Source: an uncultured Actinomycetota bacterium (lineage in GTDB: Bacteria > Actinomycetota > Actinomycetes > Propionibacteriales > Nocardioidaceae). Taken from it: 64,000 nt of DNA. Under the pieces are notes generated by a model. The model did no database searches. It saw nothing but the letters and a program-made list of their open reading frames with translations, and had not been told where the DNA came from. Both the position numbers and the translations under genes were made by a program. Where the stretch lies: assembly GCA_963768045.1 (NCBI GenBank), contig CAVYGG010000005.1, positions 487,269 through 551,268 of the forward strand, given 5' to 3'. This document shows, in pieces, positions 11,001-18,911 of this stretch (positions within the stretch are counted from its first letter, which is position 1; each line of letters starts with the position of its first letter).

Positions 11001-13619
11001 GGGGGCACGCCCCAACCTGACAAGCACAACGGCCGCGGCCATCGTCACGAGGAGCACACATGCGAGCCACCCGGGTCCCAGCAGGAGCAGCTCGAGGGCG
11101 GACAACCGGCGCGCGGCGAGCTCGAACGTCACCAGCGCGGGCACGAAGCCGACCGCCAGGAGCGAGGGCCGCACGAGCAGACCGAGCAGCTGGAGCACCA
11201 TCGCTGACACGGACGTGGCGGACGTCGCCTCGGGAGGCGGGTCGGGCTCGGTCCGGGGCCCGGTCTGGGGCCCGGTCTGGGGCCCGGTCTGCGGCCCGCT
11301 GGGCGCCTGAACGGCCGCGAGCCCGTCGAAGTAGACACCGAGTTCCCGGATCGTCGGGTGGTCGTAGAACAGAGTGGGTGGCACGGTGGTTGCGAACCGC
11401 TGCTCCAACTGCTCGATCAGCTCGAGCGTGCCCAAAGAGTCGAGTCCGACGTCGAACAGCGGCCGGTCGTCGTCGACATGCTGCGAGGTGACGATCGCGA
11501 AATAGGCACGCACGAGCGCTGCCACAGCGCCGCCTGCGGTCGCATCAGCGGCCGCCGGGACATCGGCTGCGACCGGGTGGTCCGGCTCCACCGGAGCACC
11601 GGCCAACCGGTCGCTCAGCTGCTGCTTCTGGACCTTGCCCGTCTGGGTCCGGGGCAGCTCGTCAACGAAGTGGACGCGCCGAGGCACCTTGAACCCGGCC
11701 AGGAGCGCACGGCAGCGCGCCTTGACCTTCGCAGCGTCGGGCTGGGCGCCGTCCCGGACGACGGCGATCTCGACCACCTCACCGAGGACCGCATGTGGTA
11801 CGGCGAAGGCCGCGGACTCCCGGATGCCGTCGATCCCGTCGACCACCTGCTCGACCTCCCAGGCGAACACGTTCTCGCCACCGACGTCGATCATGTCTTT
11901 CCGGCGCCCGACCACGTGCACGCACCCCGCATCGTCCAATGACCCGAGGTCGCCGCTGCGGTAGTAGCCGTCGGCGGTGAACACCGCGGACGTGCCGATG
12001 TCGATTCGCCCGTCGGAGAGGTAACCGCTGAACACCGTCTCGCCCCGAAGCACGATCTCGCCGACCTGCCCGGTAGCGACCTGCTGGTCCTGGCCGTCGA
12101 CGATCCGCACCTCGAGGCCAGGCAGGACCCGCAGTCCCCGCTTCATCGGCTCCTGGGTCTCCACCTTGAAGGCGACGTGGCAGGTCGCCTCGGTCATGCC
12201 GAACCCCTGGATGACGTCGCAGTCGAACAGCGTGGCAACCCGGTGGACCATGGCTGGGTCCGGGGCCGCTCCACCGGTCAGCACCCACCGAAGCGCCGGG
12301 AAAGTCAGGCCCTTGAGGCGGTCGGAGTCGCACATGAGCTGGAGCATCGACGGCACCAGCTTGACGATCGTGACCCCTTCGGTGGCCACCATCTCGCCGA
12401 CCTCGTCGTACCGGAGCTGGTTCTCATGGAAGACGTGCCGCGCGCCGATCAGCATCGCGATCCACACAAAGGCCGCGTCACCCACGTGGAACATCGGACC
12501 GAAGTGACCCCAGCAATGCTGCTCGTCGGCGCGCAGCCCCAGTGCGCGGATGGTGGCGAACGAGTGGGCGACCACATTGTGGTGGGTGTGCAGCACCATC
12601 TTGCTGCGGCCGGTGGTCCCGGATGTGCCGAAGCCCTGCACGTATGACGCCGGGCGGGCCGGCGGGTCGACGTCCCGATCGGTGCCCGGATCAGCGGCCA
12701 GGAGCGAGTCCCATGAGCGTTGGTCCTCGACCGGGACCTCCACCGGCGCGGTTGTCCACACCAGTGTGCGTACCGGCAGATCGCTCCAGGGAAGCGCCCG
12801 AAGGGTCTCGGCGAAGGCGTCGGACGTGACCAGGACGGACACGCCGCCCGCCCGGAGTCCTGCCTCGATCTCGCTTGCCGACAACCGATGATTGAGCGGG
12901 AAGACGATCGCCCCGGTCGTGGCGGCGACAAAGAACAGCTCCATGGCGATGTGACTGTTCGACAGCAGCACCGCGATGGTGGGCTGTTGCCCCGTCACCT
13001 CCCGGATCTCCCGGAGCTGCGCTCGCAGGGACGCCGCAATCCTGGCCACCCGGTCGCGGCACTCGGCGTACGAGATCCAGGCTCCACCGACCTCGTAGGC
13101 CGGCCGGTCGGCATGCTCTCGGCACGCGATCTCGAACAGTTCGGCCAGATCGGTCCTGCCCGTCGGCGCCCACGGCAACAGCCTGTCAAGCGATAGCGAC
13201 TCGACACGTGCCGGCGCGTTCCGCTCGCGCAGCCGGCGGGCCAGCAGCATGGCCATCGCGCGGTTGAACCGCGCGGCAAGGGCTGGGTCACCGTCGAGCA
13301 GCCGGCGCAGCGGAGCCTCCGGGATCCGCAGCACGCTGGCCGACCCATCCGATGCTCGAAGGGTGGCCGAGGCCGCCCGACCCTCGAGCAGCGACATCTC
13401 GCCGACGATCTCACCGCCAACGACAAATCCGACGGGCTCCTCGATCCCGTCAACGGTCACACACAGCTCGCCGTCTAGGACGAGGAAGACCGCTCCCGGG
13501 TGACGGCCCTCCACGATGAGCGCGGAGCCCTGAGGCAGCTCCTCCCGAGTGCCCAGACGCATCAGGGCGTCGATGTCGGCGTCCGTGAGGGCCCCGAAGA
13601 CGTAAAGGACTTCCGTCAT
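8067..13619 (-). CDS. 1850-aa NRPS-like protein: cNMP-binding + adenylation (acyl-CoA-ligase-like) + carrier domain + three Pls-type TM/beta-helix modules + FMN-dependent alpha-hydroxy acid oxidase
   Basis: cNMP: LIVEG..VFLVLDGEL..GEIVGEMSLL..ASATLRA. A domain: GTSGTTGRSK, PMFHV, QGFGMTEA, YRSGDLG, RRKDMI..GGENV, LPRTQTGK. T domain: FDVGLDSL. Three 'RxxGARxG' beta-helix repeats separated by TM pairs, plus LKWVVLGR..GEHP. FMN domain: FDYFAGGA, APTA, TVDAP, LKGV, SNHGGRQLD, DGGVRRGSD, GRP. Confidence 0.88.
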   Translation of the reverse strand: MTEVLYVFGALTDADIDALMRLGTREELPQGSALIVEGRHPGAVFLVLDGELCVTVDGIEEPVGFVVGGEIVGEMSLLEGRAASATLRASDGSASVLRIPEAPLRRLLDGDPALAARFNRAMAMLLARRLRERNAPARVESLSLDRLLPWAPTGRTDLAELFEIACREHADRPAYEVGGAWISYAECRDRVARIAASLRAQLREIREVTGQQPTIAVLLSNSHIAMELFFVAATTGAIVFPLNHRLSASEIEAGLRAGGVSVLVTSDAFAETLRALPWSDLPVRTLVWTTAPVEVPVEDQRSWDSLLAADPGTDRDVDPPARPASYVQGFGTSGTTGRSKMVLHTHHNVVAHSFATIRALGLRADEQHCWGHFGPMFHVGDAAFVWIAMLIGARHVFHENQLRYDEVGEMVATEGVTIVKLVPSMLQLMCDSDRLKGLTFPALRWVLTGGAAPDPAMVHRVATLFDCDVIQGFGMTEATCHVAFKVETQEPMKRGLRVLPGLEVRIVDGQDQQVATGQVGEIVLRGETVFSGYLSDGRIDIGTSAVFTADGYYRSGDLGSLDDAGCVHVVGRRKDMIDVGGENVFAWEVEQVVDGIDGIRESAAFAVPHAVLGEVVEIAVVRDGAQPDAAKVKARCRALLAGFKVPRRVHFVDELPRTQTGKVQKQQLSDRLAGAPVEPDHPVAADVPAAADATAGGAVAALVRAYFAIVTSQHVDDDRPLFDVGLDSLGTLELIEQLEQRFATTVPPTLFYDHPTIRELGVYFDGLAAVQAPSGPQTGPQTGPQTGPRTEPDPPPEATSATSVSAMVLQLLGLLVRPSLLAVGFVPALVTFELAARRLSALELLLLGPGWLACVLLVTMAAAVVLVRLGRAPRPGGQADLWSPSYFRWLLARQTLRAVEAQLGVLRGTGALTAFYRLGGARIGRKVRVESVALHDMKEITIGDGTVVGRDVTVLPGRPQGGRLVVEPVEIGAGCTIGAHSTLLGGAVVDAGASVTPLAAVDDRVAAGGPAAPSARYVPGVGAQVAAFVLVGYLVSLAAAVGILFVTTTVDALGQAMPSVADLLLGRSTSPAALSFFAAAALALRVIIPAAYFALVVVVKRMLPREADWSRWVYARLVDVPFFAMFLRLNVMSHPMRWWYRLLGARVGVRPFLAAPYTAEPDLLEIGDRGMVAGNVAVYALDQAEGTRGAEGASAGVRIGDDAIVANSCVLLCGAEVSAGSLLGDLSVAGGGDVIPRGSVAVGSPPRVVGRASLRPDRVSSVQYARNQTALALLQWLVVGGVDVAGFVLMGAVANGLVGAVPTTALWVLLPALLLVPRLVKVACVPLLKWVVLGRVRAGEHPAYGWAYTRWLLVETVVMDAEAAFLTQLQGTWFLTVLWRSMGARVGRGTCLLASSLGSEYDLKSVGDRVILEHQSQMFGHSIEHHSLRFGSTAVESGAHVGPFAIVERGASVLEGQVVRAHRPVHAQRTVEGVGAPSSTPDQVLNLHDMEEAARAVLPAPIFDYFAGGAEDGQALARNRASYGWLHVRPRVLVDVETVSTEARLLGRALSSPILIAPTAMQRLVHPEGELATARAAARLGHGMVLSFLSTTSLEDVAEAFVGSTAPLLLQLYPLRDHDLMTTIVDRARTAGFHGLVVTVDAPVSGRRETDMRHGFALDSQVHLPHLDGVGLASRSPLLRFETMKDAAMTWEGLAWLRQQTDLPIWLKGVLREEDVFHAAEEGYDGVVISNHGGRQLDVATAPLEALRGARRALDTAGHRMALLVDGGVRRGSDVLKALGLGADAVMIGRPAVWGLAVNGQGGVARVLNLLDQELTTTMRLAGCARLEHITPELLTQDVGVPHLVDASES
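11250..11297. repeat. 4 x 12-bp tandem repeat encoding a (GPQT)3-GPRT linker
   Basis: GGTCCGGGGCCC/GGTCTGGGGCCC/GGTCTGGGGCCC/GGTCTGCGGCCC, between the T domain and the first TM segment. Confidence 0.9.
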
Positions 13620-13815
13620 CTCACGACCCCTCCGGTGGCCTCGCTGCCCGAGCTTCCGGTGGCCGCGGGGTGGCTGCTCGTCGGCGCATCGGCCCTAGGG
13701 CGTGGCCGGCGACGCACTCACATGCCGATGAGAGGCCGCCAAGTCTGCAGTCCGACGGTGCGCACTCTTGGTCAACTGGACCCATGGCGTGCCGCCCCTC
13801 GTCCCAACGTGCGCC

Positions 13816-14712
13816 TCACTTGATGGGAGGAATCAATCCTGTCTTCCGGTGGATGAAGCAGAATCCCTCCAGGGTTCCTCCCGACCATTCTGCTTTGTCC
13901 GGCCGCCAGAAGGCAGTGATCACCAGGTCTGCGCGATCGTCGCGATCGGCGGTCAGATCGGCGCAACCCGATCGTCCCTTCTTGTTCAGTGTCGCTGCCG
14001 AGGGGTATTGCGTCACCTCGGCCTGAATCGTGGTGGGGAGGAGTTCCGCCCGATGGGGTTTCTTGCACGACGACAAAGGCTGGATCCGGTTCGGATCGGG
14101 GACCTGGTCGATACACATCTGGAACCGCACGGGATCCGAGTCCACGGCGCCGCGTAGGGATCTCGTCTGAGGCGCTAGCTGGCAGCACCCGTCCATCGCC
14201 CGGACGCCGACATCGCAGCGCACCCCACCGCTGACCCGCGGCCCTTCGGGCTGCCGATGGCCAATAGACCACGAACTCGAGGGTCCTGACGCCGGGGCTC
14301 GAAATGCCGAGATAGCCCAATCCTGCGACAGAGGGGCAGGAATCGGCGAGCTGCTTCACCAGCCCGAGGGTCGGTTCCTCGGCCAGTGTGATGACCTCGA
14401 CGGTCTCCAGGGTGTGGGCCCTCGAACATTCGATGGCCGGGGTCTCGTCGACCCAGTCGTCAGCATGAACACCGTGCGCGACGGGCCTACCCGGGAAGGA
14501 CTCGAGATGATCCGCCGGCGTGCTCCGGCATTGTCCGACCTTGGGAGGCGGTGGCACGTCACCCGCTGGGGAAGCTCGTGTCGACGAGGCAGCCGCTGGC
14601 GAAGGCTGTGTAGGCGGAGCCGCGGGCGAGCTGGCATCGCTGGTGCACGCCGCGCACGCGACGCCGACAAAACCGTGACCATCAAGGCTTTGGCGCGGAC
14701 GGATCTCGTCAT
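13816..14712 (-). pseudogene. Cys-rich secreted septum-formation-family-like protein, frameshifted
   Basis: PPKVGQC...IECSRAHTLE...YWPS..RAAGQRW|VRCDV...SCKKPHRAE. The frame changes at a GGGG run near 14225 and probably again near 14600-14650. Confidence 0.55.
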
Positions 14713-14724
14713 GAGCGTCCCCTA

Positions 14725-14762
14725 TTGATCACAGTGACCCTGGTTGATCACAGTGACCCTGG
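14725..14762. repeat. Perfect 19-bp tandem duplication TTGATCACAGTGACCCTGG x2
   Basis: Copies at 14725-14743 and 14744-14762. Confidence 0.9.
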
Positions 14763-14896
14763 CCGCGCACGGATGCAAACCGTTGCAACGCCCTCATCTG
14801 CCGGGCGGTATCAAGGGTCAGCGCAACGAGCTCTTGCGGCCAAGCCCACGGCTCGGCAGCTGGGGAAGGGCGGTCGACGACGAGCTGCGAACGACC

Positions 14897-15313
14897 TCAG
14901 GAACCGGCCAGGGCCCTGGCCTTGCCCGCCTGGAACTCGGCCTCGTCGATCACGCCCTTGTCCTTGAGGTCGGCGAGTCGAGCGATCTCCTCGGCCGGGC
15001 TGGCGGCGCCTGATCCGGCCACACTCTGGATGTACTGGCGCTGGGCCGCGTCTCGAGCCTGCACGTCCTCGATCGAGTGCTGAGTCATCTCCTTGCCGCG
15101 GGCGATCAGGTAGACGAGGACACCGAGATAGGGCAGGACGATGACGAAGATGATCCACAGTGCCTTGACCCCACCGGACATCTCGTGGCTGCGGAAGATG
15201 TCGGCGAACACCCGGATCAGCAAGGTGATCCAGATGAAGAAGCAGAAGAACCAGAGCATCGACCAGAAGACCTGGCCGGTGCCGAACTCGAGCAGTGTGA
15301 TCAACGGTGACAT
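14897..15313 (-). CDS. PLDc_N + SHOCT domain membrane protein
   Basis: DIFRSHEMSGGVKALWIIFVIVLPYLGVLVYL (PLDc_N-like); EEIARLADLKDKGVIDEAEFQAGKARAL (SHOCT). Confidence 0.88.
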   Translation of the reverse strand: MSPLITLLEFGTGQVFWSMLWFFCFFIWITLLIRVFADIFRSHEMSGGVKALWIIFVIVLPYLGVLVYLIARGKEMTQHSIEDVQARDAAQRQYIQSVAGSGAASPAEEIARLADLKDKGVIDEAEFQAGKARALAGS

Positions 15314-15517
15314 TGGATTCCTTTGACGATGCGAAGCGCCGCCGCCTTTCGGCGCCCAGCGACTGGCGGGCTCGGGCCGGCCCGTCGGGACACACTCTGC
15401 TGGTCGAACGGTCGTGCCGCAAGGACCAGGAGCTACCGGCGAGTCCGCTGAGTCACGGGCGGACTCCTCGGCCGCAGTGACCCCGACGGCAGAGGTGAGG
15501 AAGGCTGGATGCCGCGA

Positions 15518-16597
15518 TCAGTGTCGGTCGACGAAGAGGACTTCGATGGCGTTGTTTCCGTAGCCCAGCCGGTTCCACGGTGGGACGTCGGGCTGCACGT
15601 TGTCGGCAGCGTCGGTCGCGCGCGCGCGGAGGGTGTGGCGTCCAACGTCGTTGCTGTCCCAGACGAATGACCAGTCCTGCCATTGGTACGGCCCCTTCGG
15701 CGGGTCCAGCTGCGCTGGGTGCCAGTCACCCTCGCCGGTGAGGCTGATGTCGACCTGCGTCACCGGCCCGGTGCCCGACCAGGCTTTACCCCGGATCGTG
15801 TAAGGCCCCATGGGCAGGATGGCCTCGGGAGTGGGGTCGGTGATGCGGGCCCGGACACGCATGAGGCTCACCGCTTCGTGAGGGCGATCCGGCCACTCGT
15901 AGACATAGTGGCCGGTCTGGAACTCGCCGATGAACGGCTCGGTGAGGACGTCGATCCGGCTGAGCCACTTCACCGAGGCGACGGCGTACCAGTGCGGAGC
16001 GATGATCCGAAACGGTGCGCCATGATCGGGCGTCAACGGTTCGCCGTTCATCTCATAGGCGACCAGGATCGCCGAGGAGGGATCGGCTGCCTGGGCGAGG
16101 GGCAGCGCGCGGACGAACGTGAGGTCGCTCTGGTTGGTGTTCGGGAGGATCGCCTGCAGGTGGTACGGGCCGTGATCGGCACCTTCGAAGCGGACGTCGA
16201 CCCCCGTCTTCGCCGGCTGGGCCAGCGCGAGTACGTCGCTCAGCCGGGCACCGGTCCACCGTGCGGTCGACACGGCGTAGTCCCCCCACGGTTCCCCGGT
16301 CGGAAGCGGTCTCATGTCCAGGCGCCCGTTGCCCGCACATTCCAGAGTGACCGCCTGCTCGCGGGCCGGCATCGAGCGAAGGTCATCGAGGGTCAGCGTC
16401 ATGGGCTTGCCCACGGCACCGCCGATCTCCAAGGAGCCGTCGTGGGTGGGCAACGCGAAGTTGCTGCGGATGTAGTGGAGCGCGGTGGGCGTGATGTCCC
16501 CCACCAGAGCTTCGGGCGGCGCCTCGGCGTTGTACGGAGCGGGATTGATCATCTCCAGTGCGGCGCGTGCCGACTCGAGATCGCTTGCGGCGGTCAT
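15518..16597 (-). CDS. Sulfite oxidase-family molybdopterin oxidoreductase
   Basis: HYIRSNF, TLECAGN (Mo-ligand Cys), AYEMNGEPL..DHGAPFR, SVKWL; Ig-like dimerisation tail ARATD..QP..WN. Confidence 0.9.
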   Translation of the reverse strand: MTAASDLESARAALEMINPAPYNAEAPPEALVGDITPTALHYIRSNFALPTHDGSLEIGGAVGKPMTLTLDDLRSMPAREQAVTLECAGNGRLDMRPLPTGEPWGDYAVSTARWTGARLSDVLALAQPAKTGVDVRFEGADHGPYHLQAILPNTNQSDLTFVRALPLAQAADPSSAILVAYEMNGEPLTPDHGAPFRIIAPHWYAVASVKWLSRIDVLTEPFIGEFQTGHYVYEWPDRPHEAVSLMRVRARITDPTPEAILPMGPYTIRGKAWSGTGPVTQVDISLTGEGDWHPAQLDPPKGPYQWQDWSFVWDSNDVGRHTLRARATDAADNVQPDVPPWNRLGYGNNAIEVLFVDRH

Positions 16598-16644
16598 GGG
16601 CTCGGTCTTCCTCTCGATTGGTCGTGGTCGCTGGCGCTCTCGCC

Positions 16645-17505
16645 TCAGAAGTCGGCGTCGTCGAAGCTCGGTTCGCGGCCGTCGTTGAAGGATCCGATTC
16701 CTTCGACGCGGTCGGGGTGGACAGCCGAGCGCCAGTGGGCGTCCATCATGATGGCGATGGCCTGCTCGATCGGCTGGCCTTCGCCCAGGTGTACGGCGCG
16801 TTTCACCGACTGCACTGCCGTGGGTGAGTTGCCTGCGATCGTGTCCGCGATGCGCCGGGCGGCGAGCATCAGCTCAGCCGCAGGATGGATCTCGTTGACC
16901 ATGCCGAGACGGTAGAGCTCCTGCGCCGGAACGGGCTCGCCGGTCATCAGCATCTGCAGGGCCTTGCCGCGGGGGAGCAGGCGTGGCAGCAGAGCAGGCG
17001 ACCCGCCGCCAGCGGCGAGGCCGAGCATGGCTTCGGGTTGTCCGAATGTCGCCGTCTCGGAGGCGATGATGAAGTCGGTGCTCTGGGCCAGCTCACAGCC
17101 ACCGCCGTAGGCGATTCCGTTGACCGCAGCGAAGATCGGCTTGCGCAGCTGACGCACGGTGTAGAGGGTGCGGTCGAACGCCTGGCGTTGTCGCAGCCAG
17201 TCCTCCTTGGTCATGGCCCTGCGTTGTCGCAGGTCGCTGCCGACGGAGAAGGCTCGGTCACCGGCTCCGGTCAGGATCACGACCCGGACGGCGGTCCGCA
17301 CCGCGATCGTCTCCACGATCTCGGTGAGGAGGGCGCCCATCTCGGTGGTGATCGCGTTGTCGGCATGGGGTCGGTTGAGGGTGACCACTGCCACCTGGTC
17401 GCCCTCGAGGTAGTCGAGGAGAACGGGGGCCTCGGTCTCGACGATGTCTGGCGGGGGTGGTCCGAAGTCGAGGGCCTTCCATCGGTCCGTACCGGATGTG
17501 CTCAT
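16645..17505 (-). CDS. Enoyl-CoA hydratase/isomerase family protein
   Basis: TLNRP, RAFSVGSDL, AVNGIAYGGGCELA, FGQPE. Confidence 0.92.
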   Translation of the reverse strand: MSTSGTDRWKALDFGPPPPDIVETEAPVLLDYLEGDQVAVVTLNRPHADNAITTEMGALLTEIVETIAVRTAVRVVILTGAGDRAFSVGSDLRQRRAMTKEDWLRQRQAFDRTLYTVRQLRKPIFAAVNGIAYGGGCELAQSTDFIIASETATFGQPEAMLGLAAGGGSPALLPRLLPRGKALQMLMTGEPVPAQELYRLGMVNEIHPAAELMLAARRIADTIAGNSPTAVQSVKRAVHLGEGQPIEQAIAIMMDAHWRSAVHPDRVEGIGSFNDGREPSFDDADF

Positions 17506-17548
17506 CGCTGTGCAGTCCTCTCGTCGTTCCGGCGGTTCATATGTCCTG

Positions 17549-18889
17549 TCACGTGTCCAGCTCTGCCAGCCAGCGCATGGCCTGGAGACCGGGCGCGAAG
17601 AAGTACTCCCCGCCCCGTGTCACCACGAACGGCGGCAGGTTCTGCAGCTTGCGACGGATCGGTCGCGTGGGGATGGTGAAGCCGCTCGACCCGTCGTTCG
17701 GTCCAACGAGGGGGTCCTTTTCGAGCGGGGCCCCGATGAAGATGCCGTCGTTGAGCCATTGGGTCTTGACGAACTCGAACTGGCGCTTGAGGTGCGCTCC
17801 GGCGAACACGAAGATGATCCCTCGGTCCTCGCCGTCGTCCTCGAGCACGCCCGGGGGCAGCATGGGTCCGTAGCTCGTGCCGCGCCGGATCATCCGGTGC
17901 AGTCGGACGTCCACGCTGCCGTCCATGTCCATGGCGTCGCGCGGGTTGGCCCGTCGAGCGTGGGCACCGACCGGGCACTTGAACCCGCGGGGGTCATCGG
18001 CAAACAGGAAGTCGTTGTTGCGCTGCGCGTCGGCACCGAGCCCGGGGTCATCGCGGAACGGTGCTAGAGCGAGCGGAGCACCGCTCTGCCAGCGACCGAC
18101 CATCTTCGCGCCGAGGAGGTCCTCCTCCTCGCGGCTTGCCGCCCGGTCGCGCAGGTAGCGTCGGTAGGCCGCAACCTTCGTGTGCAGCTTCCGGAAGACG
18201 ACGTAGGTGCCGTTGCGACCAAGAACTTCCGGGGTCGGCATCGGCGGCAGCTCACCGGTCTCGTCGGGATAGCCGAGGATGATCTCGCCCGCCTTGAGGG
18301 GCCGCTCGCGTGGACTCGTCGAAGGCCTCCCGGTGCCCTCGACCGCGGGCTGACCGATGCCGTCCTTGAACCCGAAGGAGGTCCGTCCGCTGGCGAGCTG
18401 GTAGCAGTCCTGGCGCCAGACCACCTCCAACCCCGGTAGCTCGGTGTGGGCGCGGCGGGCCTTCTCGGCTACAGCCTCGAGCTCAGCAACGTCAGCGGAC
18501 AGAGCGGCGATGGCCACGTGCACGTCGGCACTCCCGAGCGGCGGCTCCCACTGCTCTGGGCTGCTCTCACCTACGTCTCCCAGCAGGGCGGCGCGCGCTG
18601 CCATCCCGTCGCGGAACTCGGGAGCAAAACTGTCCAATGACGCCTGCGGGACTCCCAGAGCCTCGAGACCGTGGTAGCTGAACCCCACGGTGAGCGTCGT
18701 GTCGTCCTCCGCCTTGGAGGTCTGCGCGTCGGTGGCGATGCGATGCAGCCTCCGGACGAGCTCCCTGCCGTCGGCGCGGTCCGCGATACGCAGTAAGAGA
18801 TAGGTGCCGACGTACGGCGAGGGACGCTCGAACAGTGCTCCTGCCTGGATGTCGTCGAGCTCAAGGTGGGGACTGGTCGCCTCGACCAT
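17549..18889 (-). CDS. DyP-type heme peroxidase
   Basis: LDDIQ start, FGFKDGI (GxxDG), AHARRANPR proximal His, IRRG distal Arg, RGGEYFFAP. Confidence 0.9.
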   Translation of the reverse strand: MVEATSPHLELDDIQAGALFERPSPYVGTYLLLRIADRADGRELVRRLHRIATDAQTSKAEDDTTLTVGFSYHGLEALGVPQASLDSFAPEFRDGMAARAALLGDVGESSPEQWEPPLGSADVHVAIAALSADVAELEAVAEKARRAHTELPGLEVVWRQDCYQLASGRTSFGFKDGIGQPAVEGTGRPSTSPRERPLKAGEIILGYPDETGELPPMPTPEVLGRNGTYVVFRKLHTKVAAYRRYLRDRAASREEEDLLGAKMVGRWQSGAPLALAPFRDDPGLGADAQRNNDFLFADDPRGFKCPVGAHARRANPRDAMDMDGSVDVRLHRMIRRGTSYGPMLPPGVLEDDGEDRGIIFVFAGAHLKRQFEFVKTQWLNDGIFIGAPLEKDPLVGPNDGSSGFTIPTRPIRRKLQNLPPFVVTRGGEYFFAPGLQAMRWLAELDT

Positions 18890-18911
18890 GGGTGTGAGAT
18901 GCCTTCCGTCG

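Noticed and set aside
8458-11070. 870-aa alternative-frame ORF inside the synthetase, and other long overlapping ORFs (e.g. 48819..50186, 61950..63443, 60635..62116)
   Set aside because: Arg/Gly/Pro-rich or antisense shadows typical of high-GC DNA; no motifs; they overlap well-supported genes.
8067-13619. Ordinary epsilon-poly-L-lysine synthetase
   Set aside because: The A domain has acyl-CoA-ligase motifs without the amino-acid-binding Asp, there are extra N- and C-terminal domains, and no adjacent peptidase or PPTase gene is present.
17549-18889. DyP as encapsulin cargo
   Set aside because: No encapsulin gene in the window and no C-terminal GSLxIGSL-type targeting peptide.
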